Below are positions 27,655 to 36,339 of a DNA stretch of 64,000 nt, piece by piece. Location of the stretch: the sequence record SRR9188677_181; one strand, written 5' to 3'. How positions within the stretch are numbered: the stretch's first letter is position 1; each line of letters begins with the position of its first letter. Both the position numbers and the translations under genes were made by a program. The notes under the pieces were generated by a model. It did not search any database. It was not told the DNA's origin and was given only the letters and a program-made list of their open reading frames with translations.

Positions 27655-29238
27655 TTAGTTAAAAAAAAGGTAAAGTCCAATCATGACAATCGTTAATAAA
27701 AGCCACGAAATCCATACTTTTTTACTTGGTTTTTCAATGCTATTTTGTTCCTCTAAAGTTGCCAGATAAACAGTAGGTGTTTTGTCTAGCAATGAAATAA
27801 TCATGGCTAAAACAGCTAGAAACGCAAAAATGAAAAAAGAAAGTAACAGATAATGTGGCCAAATAGGATATTTATCAGGCGTAAAAACCCAGAGATACAT
27901 TACTCCGACACCCAAACTAAAGACTGAGCCTGCCGAGAGAATGAAGTTTACTGCTTTCTTGGTAGTTCTTTTCCAGAAAACAGTCAATAAAAAAACAACA
28001 GCTAAAGGTGGCGCAATAAAGCCCAAAACCGATTGAAAAACATCGAATAAATTCAAGCCTTTGATACTATCAATTGCCAAAGCCATCATGATGGCAAAAA
28101 AGCACCCAGCAATTACCGTCATACGACCAACCCTGATAATTTCATTATTGGTAGCTTGAGGATTTATTTTCTTCAAATACACATCCATCGTAAAAACGGT
28201 ACTTAAAGAATTTAAAGAAGAACCAATTGTTCCGACAAGTACTGCAATCAGCACAACGATGACCAAACCATTCATACCGGGCGGGAAAAGATTCGTCACC
28301 ATCGTCATATAAGCTTCAGATGGGTCTTTTAAATTCGGGAAAAGTATGTAGCATAAAATTCCTGTCAGGATAAATAAAGGCAAAGAAAGTATTTTAAGCC
28401 AAGCGATAAAGTTCACACCTAATTGACCTTGCTCCAAATTTTTCGCTCCCAATACCGATTGAACCATCGCTTGGTCGGTACAGAAAAAAGCCACTGCCGC
28501 TACTGGATAACCCAATAAAATGGCATACCAAGGATATTTTGGGTCGCTTGCGGGATGAATTAATGTCCAATAATCAGCAGGAACGCTGTGATATACTTTG
28601 GAAATTCCACCGACTTTGATAACACCCAAAACAGTAAGCGTCAGCGAAACAGCAATGAGTAAAATCATTTGGAAAACATTTACTTTAGCAATGGCTTTGA
28701 GTCCGCCTGCAAAAGCAAAAAGTCCAGCAAACAATACCAAGACAATCACAGATTGCCACATCGGAATGCCCAAAATTTGTCTTACTAAAAACCCACCAGC
28801 GAACAAACCTAATGATAACCAAGAGATTAAAATTTTAATCAAGGCATACCACGCTAAAATTGTTTGGGTAGAATCGCCATAGCGTTTTCCCATAAATTCG
28901 GGCATGGTACTTACATTCGCTGCTAAGTATTTGGGTGCAAAAACAATTGCGAGCAAAAACAAAAATACAAAAGCGTACCAATCAAAATTAACGGCTACGA
29001 TTCCAGTACTGTAACCGATGCTGGCAAAGGCAAGTAACATAGACGGCCCCACGTTTGTCCCCCACATATTAAAGCCAATACTTGACCAGCCCAACGATTT
29101 ATTGGCTAAAAATAAGGTTTCTTCTTTATCAGATTTGTCTGAAAAACTTGCTCTATAACCAATAACAATCAATATCACCAAGTAGGAAACAACGATGCTA
29201 TAATCTAAAATGGTTAGGCGTTCTACAATGCTTCCCAT
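27655..29238 (-). CDS. Sodium:solute symporter (SSS family)
   Basis: Multiple TM helices; TMPEFMGKRY, GGLKAI, CTDQAMVQ and SSLNSLSTVFTMD. Confidence 0.93.
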   Translation of the reverse strand: MGSIVERLTILDYSIVVSYLVILIVIGYRASFSDKSDKEETLFLANKSLGWSSIGFNMWGTNVGPSMLLAFASIGYSTGIVAVNFDWYAFVFLFLLAIVFAPKYLAANVSTMPEFMGKRYGDSTQTILAWYALIKILISWLSLGLFAGGFLVRQILGIPMWQSVIVLVLFAGLFAFAGGLKAIAKVNVFQMILLIAVSLTLTVLGVIKVGGISKVYHSVPADYWTLIHPASDPKYPWYAILLGYPVAAVAFFCTDQAMVQSVLGAKNLEQGQLGVNFIAWLKILSLPLFILTGILCYILFPNLKDPSEAYMTMVTNLFPPGMNGLVIVVLIAVLVGTIGSSLNSLSTVFTMDVYLKKINPQATNNEIIRVGRMTVIAGCFFAIMMALAIDSIKGLNLFDVFQSVLGFIAPPLAVVFLLTVFWKRTTKKAVNFILSAGSVFSLGVGVMYLWVFTPDKYPIWPHYLLLSFFIFAFLAVLAMIISLLDKTPTVYLATLEEQNSIEKPSKKVWISWLLLTIVMIGLYLFFN

Positions 29239-30326
29239 TATCTATGATTATTTAAAATGTCTGCACTTAATTGATGCGTTGCCAATACATCGGCAATTTT
29301 TACGGGTAAACCTGTTTGTAAAGATTTATCCATTGCCTGCAATAAAGCCACAGTTCCAACGCCCTCTTTGATGTTTGGATAAGCCATTTTGCCACTTTCA
29401 AGACAATCAGCAAAGTATTCTAAATAATTTTGGTACTCGCCAGCATGGTGACTTTTCCCTTCAAAACGGAAGTAATGTTTTAGCTTATGTTCCCACGTTT
29501 GTACAATTTCTTCGCCTGTATTTGTGGTAACAGCATAGCGTAAATCCATATAATCGGCTTGGCTACAGCCTTCTGTTCCTCTTAAAATACAGCTCATTTC
29601 GCTATCACGCACCACGGGCTGAACTGGACCAGTATATGCACCACTTACTCTTGCGATTCTTCCGTCAGTCGCTTTAAAAATAAAGTGCATAGTGTCCGCA
29701 TTTTTCAAACCACCTTTTAAACCGTTTGAACTCAACATGCCATAACCCATTACTTCTTCAATGTTTGGCAAATACCATCTGATAAAATCTACTGGATGGC
29801 TCAAACCACCATAAAGCCATTTAAAAGCATTTTCTAGCGACCAACCTTTGTCTAAAAACCATCTATGGTCCGCATGATAATAGCCTTCAATCGTGATTAG
29901 TTCACCGATTAATCCCGCTTCAAAGTCGGCTCTTTGCTTTTTCATCGGTTCAAAAAAACGAGAGCTTTGTCCTACAAATACTTTCTTTCCAGTACTTTCT
30001 GAAAGCTCAATTAATTCTTTAGCCTTTGATAAATCATCAATAAAAGGCTTGGTGCAAACAACGTGTTTGCCATGCAATAAAGCTTGTTTGGTATGTTCTG
30101 CATGAAATTTATCGGGCGTATAAATGGCGATAATATCAATGCTTTTATCATCTAATAAATCTTGATATTCAGTTGTGTAATTGTGAAAGTCAAATTCTTT
30201 GGCTCTTTGCTTACACAAATCAATGTTGCGGTCGCATACTTTTACCAGTTCTAATTTCGTACTTGCCAAAGCTGCCGACATCGTACTTCTTCCTTCTCCT
30301 AAACCTAAAATTCCTAATTTCAACAT
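29238..30326 (-). CDS. Gfo/Idh/MocA-family NAD(P)-dependent oxidoreductase
   Basis: N-terminal Rossmann LGILGLG, IAIYTPD..H, GKHVVCTKP and GGLSHPVD; no signal peptide. Confidence 0.9.
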   Translation of the reverse strand: MLKLGILGLGEGRSTMSAALASTKLELVKVCDRNIDLCKQRAKEFDFHNYTTEYQDLLDDKSIDIIAIYTPDKFHAEHTKQALLHGKHVVCTKPFIDDLSKAKELIELSESTGKKVFVGQSSRFFEPMKKQRADFEAGLIGELITIEGYYHADHRWFLDKGWSLENAFKWLYGGLSHPVDFIRWYLPNIEEVMGYGMLSSNGLKGGLKNADTMHFIFKATDGRIARVSGAYTGPVQPVVRDSEMSCILRGTEGCSQADYMDLRYAVTTNTGEEIVQTWEHKLKHYFRFEGKSHHAGEYQNYLEYFADCLESGKMAYPNIKEGVGTVALLQAMDKSLQTGLPVKIADVLATHQLSADILNNHR

Positions 30327-30361
30327 TTGTATTGCTATTTTTAATTTTGAGAATCTAATTT

Positions 30362-32878
30362 TTAATTACCAGCAGGTTTTAGAAAAACCCATGTTTCACC
30401 TTTTTTTGTACCAGAAATTCCTTCTTGATATTTCGTCATTAACTTATTCCATTCCACTACTTTAGGATTATTTTCTATCGTTTTGGGATTGAGTTTATCC
30501 AAATTTTCGCCTTTAGGAATGCTGATGACCAACATCAATTGTCTTCCATTTTTATAAATTAATAATTGTTGAAAATCGGCATTACAAAAACCTTGTGAAA
30601 CTTCTGGCCATTTTTCAAATTGTGTAGCATGATAGCTTAAGTACTCTTTTTGTAAAGTAGTATCAGCTACTAAATTGGCTGTGAGTATTGTGTGCGACCA
30701 TTCTTTCGCTGACTTCCCATTTTTACATTTTTCTTGGTTGAACTCATAAAACAAATCATCATAAGTCTTGATTTGAACTTTCGGAAAAGCATTTTTCAGT
30801 CTTTCTCGCAACAAATACACATCTTGTACTTTATCAAAAATCACTAAATGATTTTCCCATTGAAATAAAGCTTCTTGCGAAACCTTACTTTTCAAGAGTA
30901 TTTCATCTAATTTTTTTCTGTCAATCGTTTGTCCATTTTCAGTAATCAATTCTACAATAACTGGTTTTTCAACATTGATTTCCCAATACTGATCTGCTTG
31001 CTTTTTGTCTTTTAACAAATAGGCATATTCTGCCTGAATCCCTGCTTTTACTTTGATGCTGTCTGCTACTTGTGGGCCGTTATTTTGCCAAGTATTTCCT
31101 GGGCCATTGGCATTTTGCAGAAATTTTGCAGAGGGACTCCAATTATCTTTTATCGTAAAATAAGAGGAGCCTTCGTCTGTGTATAAATAAAACCAATGGT
31201 TAGGGATATGTGCATAAGGAGCTTTGTAAATACTATCGACATAGTTTTCGGAAATGACAGAACCGGGCTGAGCCGACAATGTATAAATTGCTGCAACATC
31301 GTACATGTGTTTGGCATAATGATGAATTTTGTTGGCTGAAATGTAATTATTTTTCATGGCGTTGACAGTTTTTGTCCAGCCCCAACCCATACTTATTCCA
31401 GAATATGATACATCAGAAATTTCATTATGTTCGATATTAATGCCTTTTACAAAACCTGCCCCAATACCAACTGCACCCCAATCTTCGTTAGTAACATCCG
31501 AAATTAAGTTATTGCTAATCAGCAAGTTTGTACAAACTTCTCTTTCATCTGAAGGATTATAAGGCAAATGTATTTCAGTGGCTTCATCCGCAAAAACACC
31601 TGCTTGAATACCCGTTCCGCCAATATCTTTAAAGAGATTTCCTTTGATGGAATTATCATGAACGCCTTTATGATAATCTAAACCAGTAGAAGCCAAATGT
31701 TCAAAACGGCAAGCCTCAAAACCTGTGTGATTCGCATAAGAAACTTCCACAGCGGCTTTTGGGCGACCAACCCAAGCTTGATTTTCTAAGGTTTTTTTGT
31801 CGGGTGTTCCGGGAATTTTAAGTTTGTAAGCATCCAACATGTACAAACCCGCTTGATGCGGAACGTGTCCTTGCTGAGAAGGACGCAACCATGAAGTATG
31901 ACAAAAAGCAATATTTTTGAAGAAAATATGAGATACTTGATGATCAATTGTCCCTTCTATTCGTACCAAAGTTTCAAGCGAAGGAACAATTACTTCCGCT
32001 TTTTCCATTACTTCATTTGCTCGTGGAATGTAATATAATTTCTCTGTTTTTTTATCCAAAAACCACTCGCCAGCTTCGTTCAAAAACTGAATGGCATTGG
32101 TTAAATAAAAAGCAGAATTTCCCGTTTCTTTTGAAATCCAAGGTGCAGGCCAAGGGTGTTCCGATTGAATTTTACTTTCTGGTTGAAAAAAGGAAAGCTT
32201 TGTACTGTCGCCTTGTACTTCCATCTTTTTGATACGCAAATTAGCAATTGCCCACCATTGATGAATAAACATTTCTACACCGTTGGCTTTTGCTATTTCT
32301 GCAAATTTTGGGGTTGGAATCCAACAAGTTTCTTCTTTTTTATTCCAAGATAAAATACGATTCATTTTTGGATAAGGAGTATCTTTTGCACGAATCGCTT
32401 TTTGATTATTCACCCATAATTGTCTGAAATCCAATACATTTCCTCCAACTTTTGGTGCATCTGCTACCCAAACTTTTCCAATTGCTTCTTTGGGTAAGCC
32501 AATAAAGTTGCCTTTTACTTTTGTCCAACCACTTAATGAAATACCACCGCTGATGATTGGTTTTTCGTTGGGAGCCGCTTCTATTATCGTTGGACTCAAT
32601 GAAGTTCCAGCATCTTCTGGACGAATCGTGATGGGTTCGTATAATTGATAATTTCCTTCACTAACATAAATATGAATGGCTTTTGTGAAATTGTTTTCTG
32701 ATAATCTACGCATTTCACGGACTTTTCTAATCGCCATTGAAACCGTTTGAAGCGGATTTTCTTTTGTCCCTAAATTAGTATCAGCACCATTTGGAGCAAC
32801 CCAAATATCCGTCTGTGCCTGAATTTGCATTGAAAAACAGCAAGTCAAAAAAGCAAGTATGTAGTGGCAATGTTTCAT
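30362..32878 (-). CDS. GH141-like beta-helix alpha-L-fucosidase fused to a C-terminal L-rhamnose-mutarotase-like domain
   Basis: IWVAPNGAD.N.GT.E.P, HQWWAIANLR, EHPWP, parallel beta-helix repeats and YLYTDEGSS; tail EYLSYH...WPEV...QLLIYKNGRQL...NPKVVEWNKLM. Confidence 0.8.
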   Translation of the reverse strand: MKHCHYILAFLTCCFSMQIQAQTDIWVAPNGADTNLGTKENPLQTVSMAIRKVREMRRLSENNFTKAIHIYVSEGNYQLYEPITIRPEDAGTSLSPTIIEAAPNEKPIISGGISLSGWTKVKGNFIGLPKEAIGKVWVADAPKVGGNVLDFRQLWVNNQKAIRAKDTPYPKMNRILSWNKKEETCWIPTPKFAEIAKANGVEMFIHQWWAIANLRIKKMEVQGDSTKLSFFQPESKIQSEHPWPAPWISKETGNSAFYLTNAIQFLNEAGEWFLDKKTEKLYYIPRANEVMEKAEVIVPSLETLVRIEGTIDHQVSHIFFKNIAFCHTSWLRPSQQGHVPHQAGLYMLDAYKLKIPGTPDKKTLENQAWVGRPKAAVEVSYANHTGFEACRFEHLASTGLDYHKGVHDNSIKGNLFKDIGGTGIQAGVFADEATEIHLPYNPSDEREVCTNLLISNNLISDVTNEDWGAVGIGAGFVKGINIEHNEISDVSYSGISMGWGWTKTVNAMKNNYISANKIHHYAKHMYDVAAIYTLSAQPGSVISENYVDSIYKAPYAHIPNHWFYLYTDEGSSYFTIKDNWSPSAKFLQNANGPGNTWQNNGPQVADSIKVKAGIQAEYAYLLKDKKQADQYWEINVEKPVIVELITENGQTIDRKKLDEILLKSKVSQEALFQWENHLVIFDKVQDVYLLRERLKNAFPKVQIKTYDDLFYEFNQEKCKNGKSAKEWSHTILTANLVADTTLQKEYLSYHATQFEKWPEVSQGFCNADFQQLLIYKNGRQLMLVISIPKGENLDKLNPKTIENNPKVVEWNKLMTKYQEGISGTKKGETWVFLKPAGN

Positions 32879-32881
32879 TGT

Positions 32882-33760
32882 TTATTTCTGGAAAATGCTT
32901 TTCAAAAAAGCAGTATTTGCACCAAAATTTCCTTTGACATCTCTTGGTCTATTCGCATCTCTTGAACGCTCTATAACCAACCAGCCAGACCATTTCATTT
33001 TATCTAGCGTGGCTTTTACTTTTTTCATGTCAATTTCAGGGTCATTTTGTAGCCAAACACCATCTTTATTGGTGCAGTGAATCATACAAATTCTATTTTT
33101 ACCCAATATTTTCAACTCTTTGTATAAATCTCTTCCTTCTTTTAAAGGATTAGAAAAATTAAAGTAAATTTTAATTCCTTCAGAACCTATTTCCTTTAAT
33201 AATTTTACTTCTTCACTTGCACTCAACGCTGTTTCTATTCCGATTATAACGCCAGCTTTTTTTGCCATTTCGCCTGCAACTTTTAATCTAGCCACTACCG
33301 AATCTCTCACGGCTGGGTCTTTTTTCAAATCACATTGAACGCCTAAAGGCAAAAAAGCGATTTTTATATTCATCAATTGCATAGTTTTGATACAATCTTT
33401 AATTGATTTTTTGTACTCTTCTCTTCCACAAAATGACTGAGCATAATAACCAGTCATCGCCAATGAAAACATTTCAATGTTCAATTCTTTGGCTTTGTTC
33501 ATAAAAACTGTTCTGATAGAATCATTCGCCAAGGCATTTTCGAATGTTGGGCGTTTGCCCAAACCACCCATGTCAATTTCTACTCCATCTGCTCCGATTT
33601 CCTTCGTCAGCGTCAATGCTCCCAGTTTTTGCCTTTTCAAAAGCATTAAATCAATGACACCGATTTTATATTTTTGATTAATTTGGGCAATACTCTTCAA
33701 TGGCAACGAGCAGAAAAAAGTCATTGTCGTTGCTAAAATCGCTATGGTTAGCTTTTTCAT
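32882..33760 (-). CDS. Exported xylose-isomerase-like TIM-barrel (sugar phosphate isomerase/epimerase family) protein
   Basis: Signal peptide; IGADGVEI, GVIIGIET, ICMIH and WSGWLVIER. Confidence 0.8.
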   Translation of the reverse strand: MKKLTIAILATTMTFFCSLPLKSIAQINQKYKIGVIDLMLLKRQKLGALTLTKEIGADGVEIDMGGLGKRPTFENALANDSIRTVFMNKAKELNIEMFSLAMTGYYAQSFCGREEYKKSIKDCIKTMQLMNIKIAFLPLGVQCDLKKDPAVRDSVVARLKVAGEMAKKAGVIIGIETALSASEEVKLLKEIGSEGIKIYFNFSNPLKEGRDLYKELKILGKNRICMIHCTNKDGVWLQNDPEIDMKKVKATLDKMKWSGWLVIERSRDANRPRDVKGNFGANTAFLKSIFQK

Positions 33761-33765
33761 TTTAT

Positions 33766-35154
33766 CTAATTTTTTATCGCTTCGGCGAATATTTTCTCTA
33801 AAGTTTCAAAATCTTTTACCGCATTTTTGGGCAGATTTTCACCTTTTTCACCGAAAACATACATGGCAGGAAATGGCTCAATCGTTACTTTCCTTTCATC
33901 CATTACTCCCGTTTTATCTTTCAATTTTTTCACATCCAACTGGAAGTTTTTTGCTAGAAAATCATACAATGCCAAACGTTTACTTTTTCCATAATCATGA
34001 CCTTCTTTGGGAAAATGCACATTTTTTACTTCGTCTGTTTTTCCGTAAAAACCATAGATTTTTTGAAGAAAAGGAAATTCTGTTTCGGGAACATGTTGCG
34101 TCCAATCTTTACCGTCGGATAAAATCAATTGTGGTCTTGGTGCTGCCATTGAGGCAATTTCTACATTATTTGTTCCATTTCCACAAAGATGTACGCCCAT
34201 TCCGCTTTCGCAAGGACAGCCTCCAGAATGGTAAGAAGACAACATCACGACGGGTACGCTCAAAGTAATTCTATCATCCAAAGCTGTGATTAACATCGTT
34301 TGACTTCCACCTCCCGAACCACCAGTAATGCCCACACGACTAGCATCTGCATTGCTAAATGACAATAACCAATCTAAAATTCGGATACTGTTTAGCGTCT
34401 GCATGGTCTGCGCAAGACTTTTTCTATGATTTTCAGATTTGAATTGTAAAGTAGATTCCCCCCAAGCAAAAAGGTCATAACTAAAAGCGATAGCACCCAT
34501 TCGGGCTTGCATCGCACAACGATACTGACAATCAGCACGATAACGTCCGTCACCAAAGTGACCGTCAGGATTTAAAATCACAGGTATTTTTCCTTTACTT
34601 TCAAAAGGCATATACAAAGACCCACAAACATAAACACCCGGAAGCGTTTCAATTGCCACATTTTCAACGGTATAACCGTCCATTGTGCGTTTATTACTAG
34701 TAATTACTTTACTTGTTCGCTTCGCTGGTAAAGGTGAAAGTTTCAGCGCTTTCCACATACAAGCTTGTAATTCGTCTTTGCGTTTTTCCCAACTTGCTTC
34801 ATCATTGTATAAAGTTGATAAGTACGCAAGTTGTTGTTCGCCTTCTTCGGGTGTTTTTAAGTGATATTGATAAGGCTGAAGTTTGTACTTTTTCTCGCCT
34901 TCTTTGGCAAAAGTAATGTCTTGCGAAGACAATACATTCGTCATCGTTTTTTCAAAATCTGGTCTGAAACGCCAATCTGCATACGTAACCCATTTATCTT
35001 TTACTAAATCTTCTGGATAACGAATCTTCACTTTAAAGCGAGTTTCGATTTGCGCTATGACCTCTTTCAAAGGTTTTTTGAAAGCATTATCAGCGTTTTG
35101 AGCCAAAGAACAATAGCTCAACAACAAGAAACAGAAAGTTTTTAGGAATTTCAT
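33766..35154 (-). CDS. Alpha/beta-hydrolase carbohydrate esterase (CE19/BT1017-like pectin methylesterase or acetylesterase)
   Basis: Signal peptide at MKFLKTF (35154; ORF track 35223 would overlap the upstream gene); nucleophile elbow GGSGGG, GGCPCE and EGHDY. Confidence 0.75.
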   Translation of the reverse strand: MKFLKTFCFLLLSYCSLAQNADNAFKKPLKEVIAQIETRFKVKIRYPEDLVKDKWVTYADWRFRPDFEKTMTNVLSSQDITFAKEGEKKYKLQPYQYHLKTPEEGEQQLAYLSTLYNDEASWEKRKDELQACMWKALKLSPLPAKRTSKVITSNKRTMDGYTVENVAIETLPGVYVCGSLYMPFESKGKIPVILNPDGHFGDGRYRADCQYRCAMQARMGAIAFSYDLFAWGESTLQFKSENHRKSLAQTMQTLNSIRILDWLLSFSNADASRVGITGGSGGGSQTMLITALDDRITLSVPVVMLSSYHSGGCPCESGMGVHLCGNGTNNVEIASMAAPRPQLILSDGKDWTQHVPETEFPFLQKIYGFYGKTDEVKNVHFPKEGHDYGKSKRLALYDFLAKNFQLDVKKLKDKTGVMDERKVTIEPFPAMYVFGEKGENLPKNAVKDFETLEKIFAEAIKN

Positions 35155-35158
35155 GCGC

Positions 35159-36289
35159 TTAGTCTTTAGTAATTTCTCCGCCTTTGGGTGCTTCGTATCC
35201 TTTGATTTTCGGCCATTCTCCATTTGTAATTTTCTTCAATTTCAATTTTGAAGGGTCGATTACGGCATGTTTAATTTTCTTTCTTCGCCAAGTATAAATT
35301 ACATGCACTAAACCATCTGAAGTTTGAATAATAGAAGGATACGAATATTGGCTAATCGGAGAATCTTCGATAATCAAAGCGGCATACCATTCTTTTCCGT
35401 CTTTCGTTAATGATAAATTCAAAGGTGTTCTTGGGCCTTTTGCTAAATCGCCCGGAGGTAAAACATGGTTATAAACCAATAAATGTTTCCCATTTTTTAA
35501 GGTTACAGCGTCTGTTCCAGAATTATTGTTTGGTAAACTAGCTTTTGCCAAAGGCGACCAAGTTTCTCCATTATCTGTTGACCAAGATTCAATAATTGCT
35601 CTGTCTCTACTTCTTGCTAGAATTTGTAATTTCCCTTTTCCATGATTTAAAATACTTGGTTGAATGGCATTAAAGGTTTTTCCATCATTGATTGGTCCAA
35701 CGATTCTCCAAGTTTTCCCAAAATCTGGCGTTACTTCAAAGTGCAATTTCCAACCTGAACCTTCTGTACTTGTCGGACAAAACAGGTTTCCATTACTTAA
35801 CAAAACTGGCTTATTTTTTACGGGTCCGATATAACCTTCTGGCAAAGCTTTCGCTTCCGACCAAGTAAGACCATTATCTGAAGAAGTTTTTAACCAACCT
35901 TTCCATTTCGCAGGGCTTGATCCAATTTTGTAGAAAAGCATTAAATCGCCATTTGGAATTTGGAACAATACTGGATTCCAACAAGCATAGCGCAAAGTAT
36001 CGTTCACAATGCCATTTGCAACATTTTGTGGCGCTTGCCATTTACCATTTTCATTTCTGCTTACCCAAATACAAACATCAGGATTTCGCTCTTTCGTACC
36101 ACCAAACCAAGCGGCAACTAAACCTTTGTGCGTTTCAGCAATGGTGGCGGCATGGCTTTCTGGAAAAGGCGGATTTTCAACCACAAATTCATCGACTAAT
36201 AATCCCGATTTCCACTTTTGTGCATTCACTTGGTTTGTGAAAAGTACACAAATCATTGAAAATACTATAAATAAGCTTTTTTTGAACAT
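35159..36289 (-). CDS. GH33 sialidase-fold (BNR) protein, probable Kdo hydrolase
   Basis: Asp-boxes SSDNGLTWS, TPDFGKTW, STDNGETWS and TKDGKEW; YSYPS; adjacent to GH78 as in the GH78-GH33 protein BT1013. Confidence 0.8.
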   Translation of the reverse strand: MFKKSLFIVFSMICVLFTNQVNAQKWKSGLLVDEFVVENPPFPESHAATIAETHKGLVAAWFGGTKERNPDVCIWVSRNENGKWQAPQNVANGIVNDTLRYACWNPVLFQIPNGDLMLFYKIGSSPAKWKGWLKTSSDNGLTWSEAKALPEGYIGPVKNKPVLLSNGNLFCPTSTEGSGWKLHFEVTPDFGKTWRIVGPINDGKTFNAIQPSILNHGKGKLQILARSRDRAIIESWSTDNGETWSPLAKASLPNNNSGTDAVTLKNGKHLLVYNHVLPPGDLAKGPRTPLNLSLTKDGKEWYAALIIEDSPISQYSYPSIIQTSDGLVHVIYTWRRKKIKHAVIDPSKLKLKKITNGEWPKIKGYEAPKGGEITKD

Positions 36290-36339
36290 GATATTCTTAT
36301 TAAATTTTAATATTTTGAGAGTATTTTTCTGAATATTTA

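Noticed and set aside
33744-34268. 174-aa + strand ORF, the longest alternative ORF
   Set aside because: Almost entirely antisense to the esterase, F/L/H-rich and without domain features.
35155-35223. N-terminal extension of the esterase ORF, and similar extensions at 9834, 39144 and 50913
   Set aside because: Downstream ATGs give proper signal peptides; the extensions at 35223 and 9834 also overlap the upstream gene or the -7 box.
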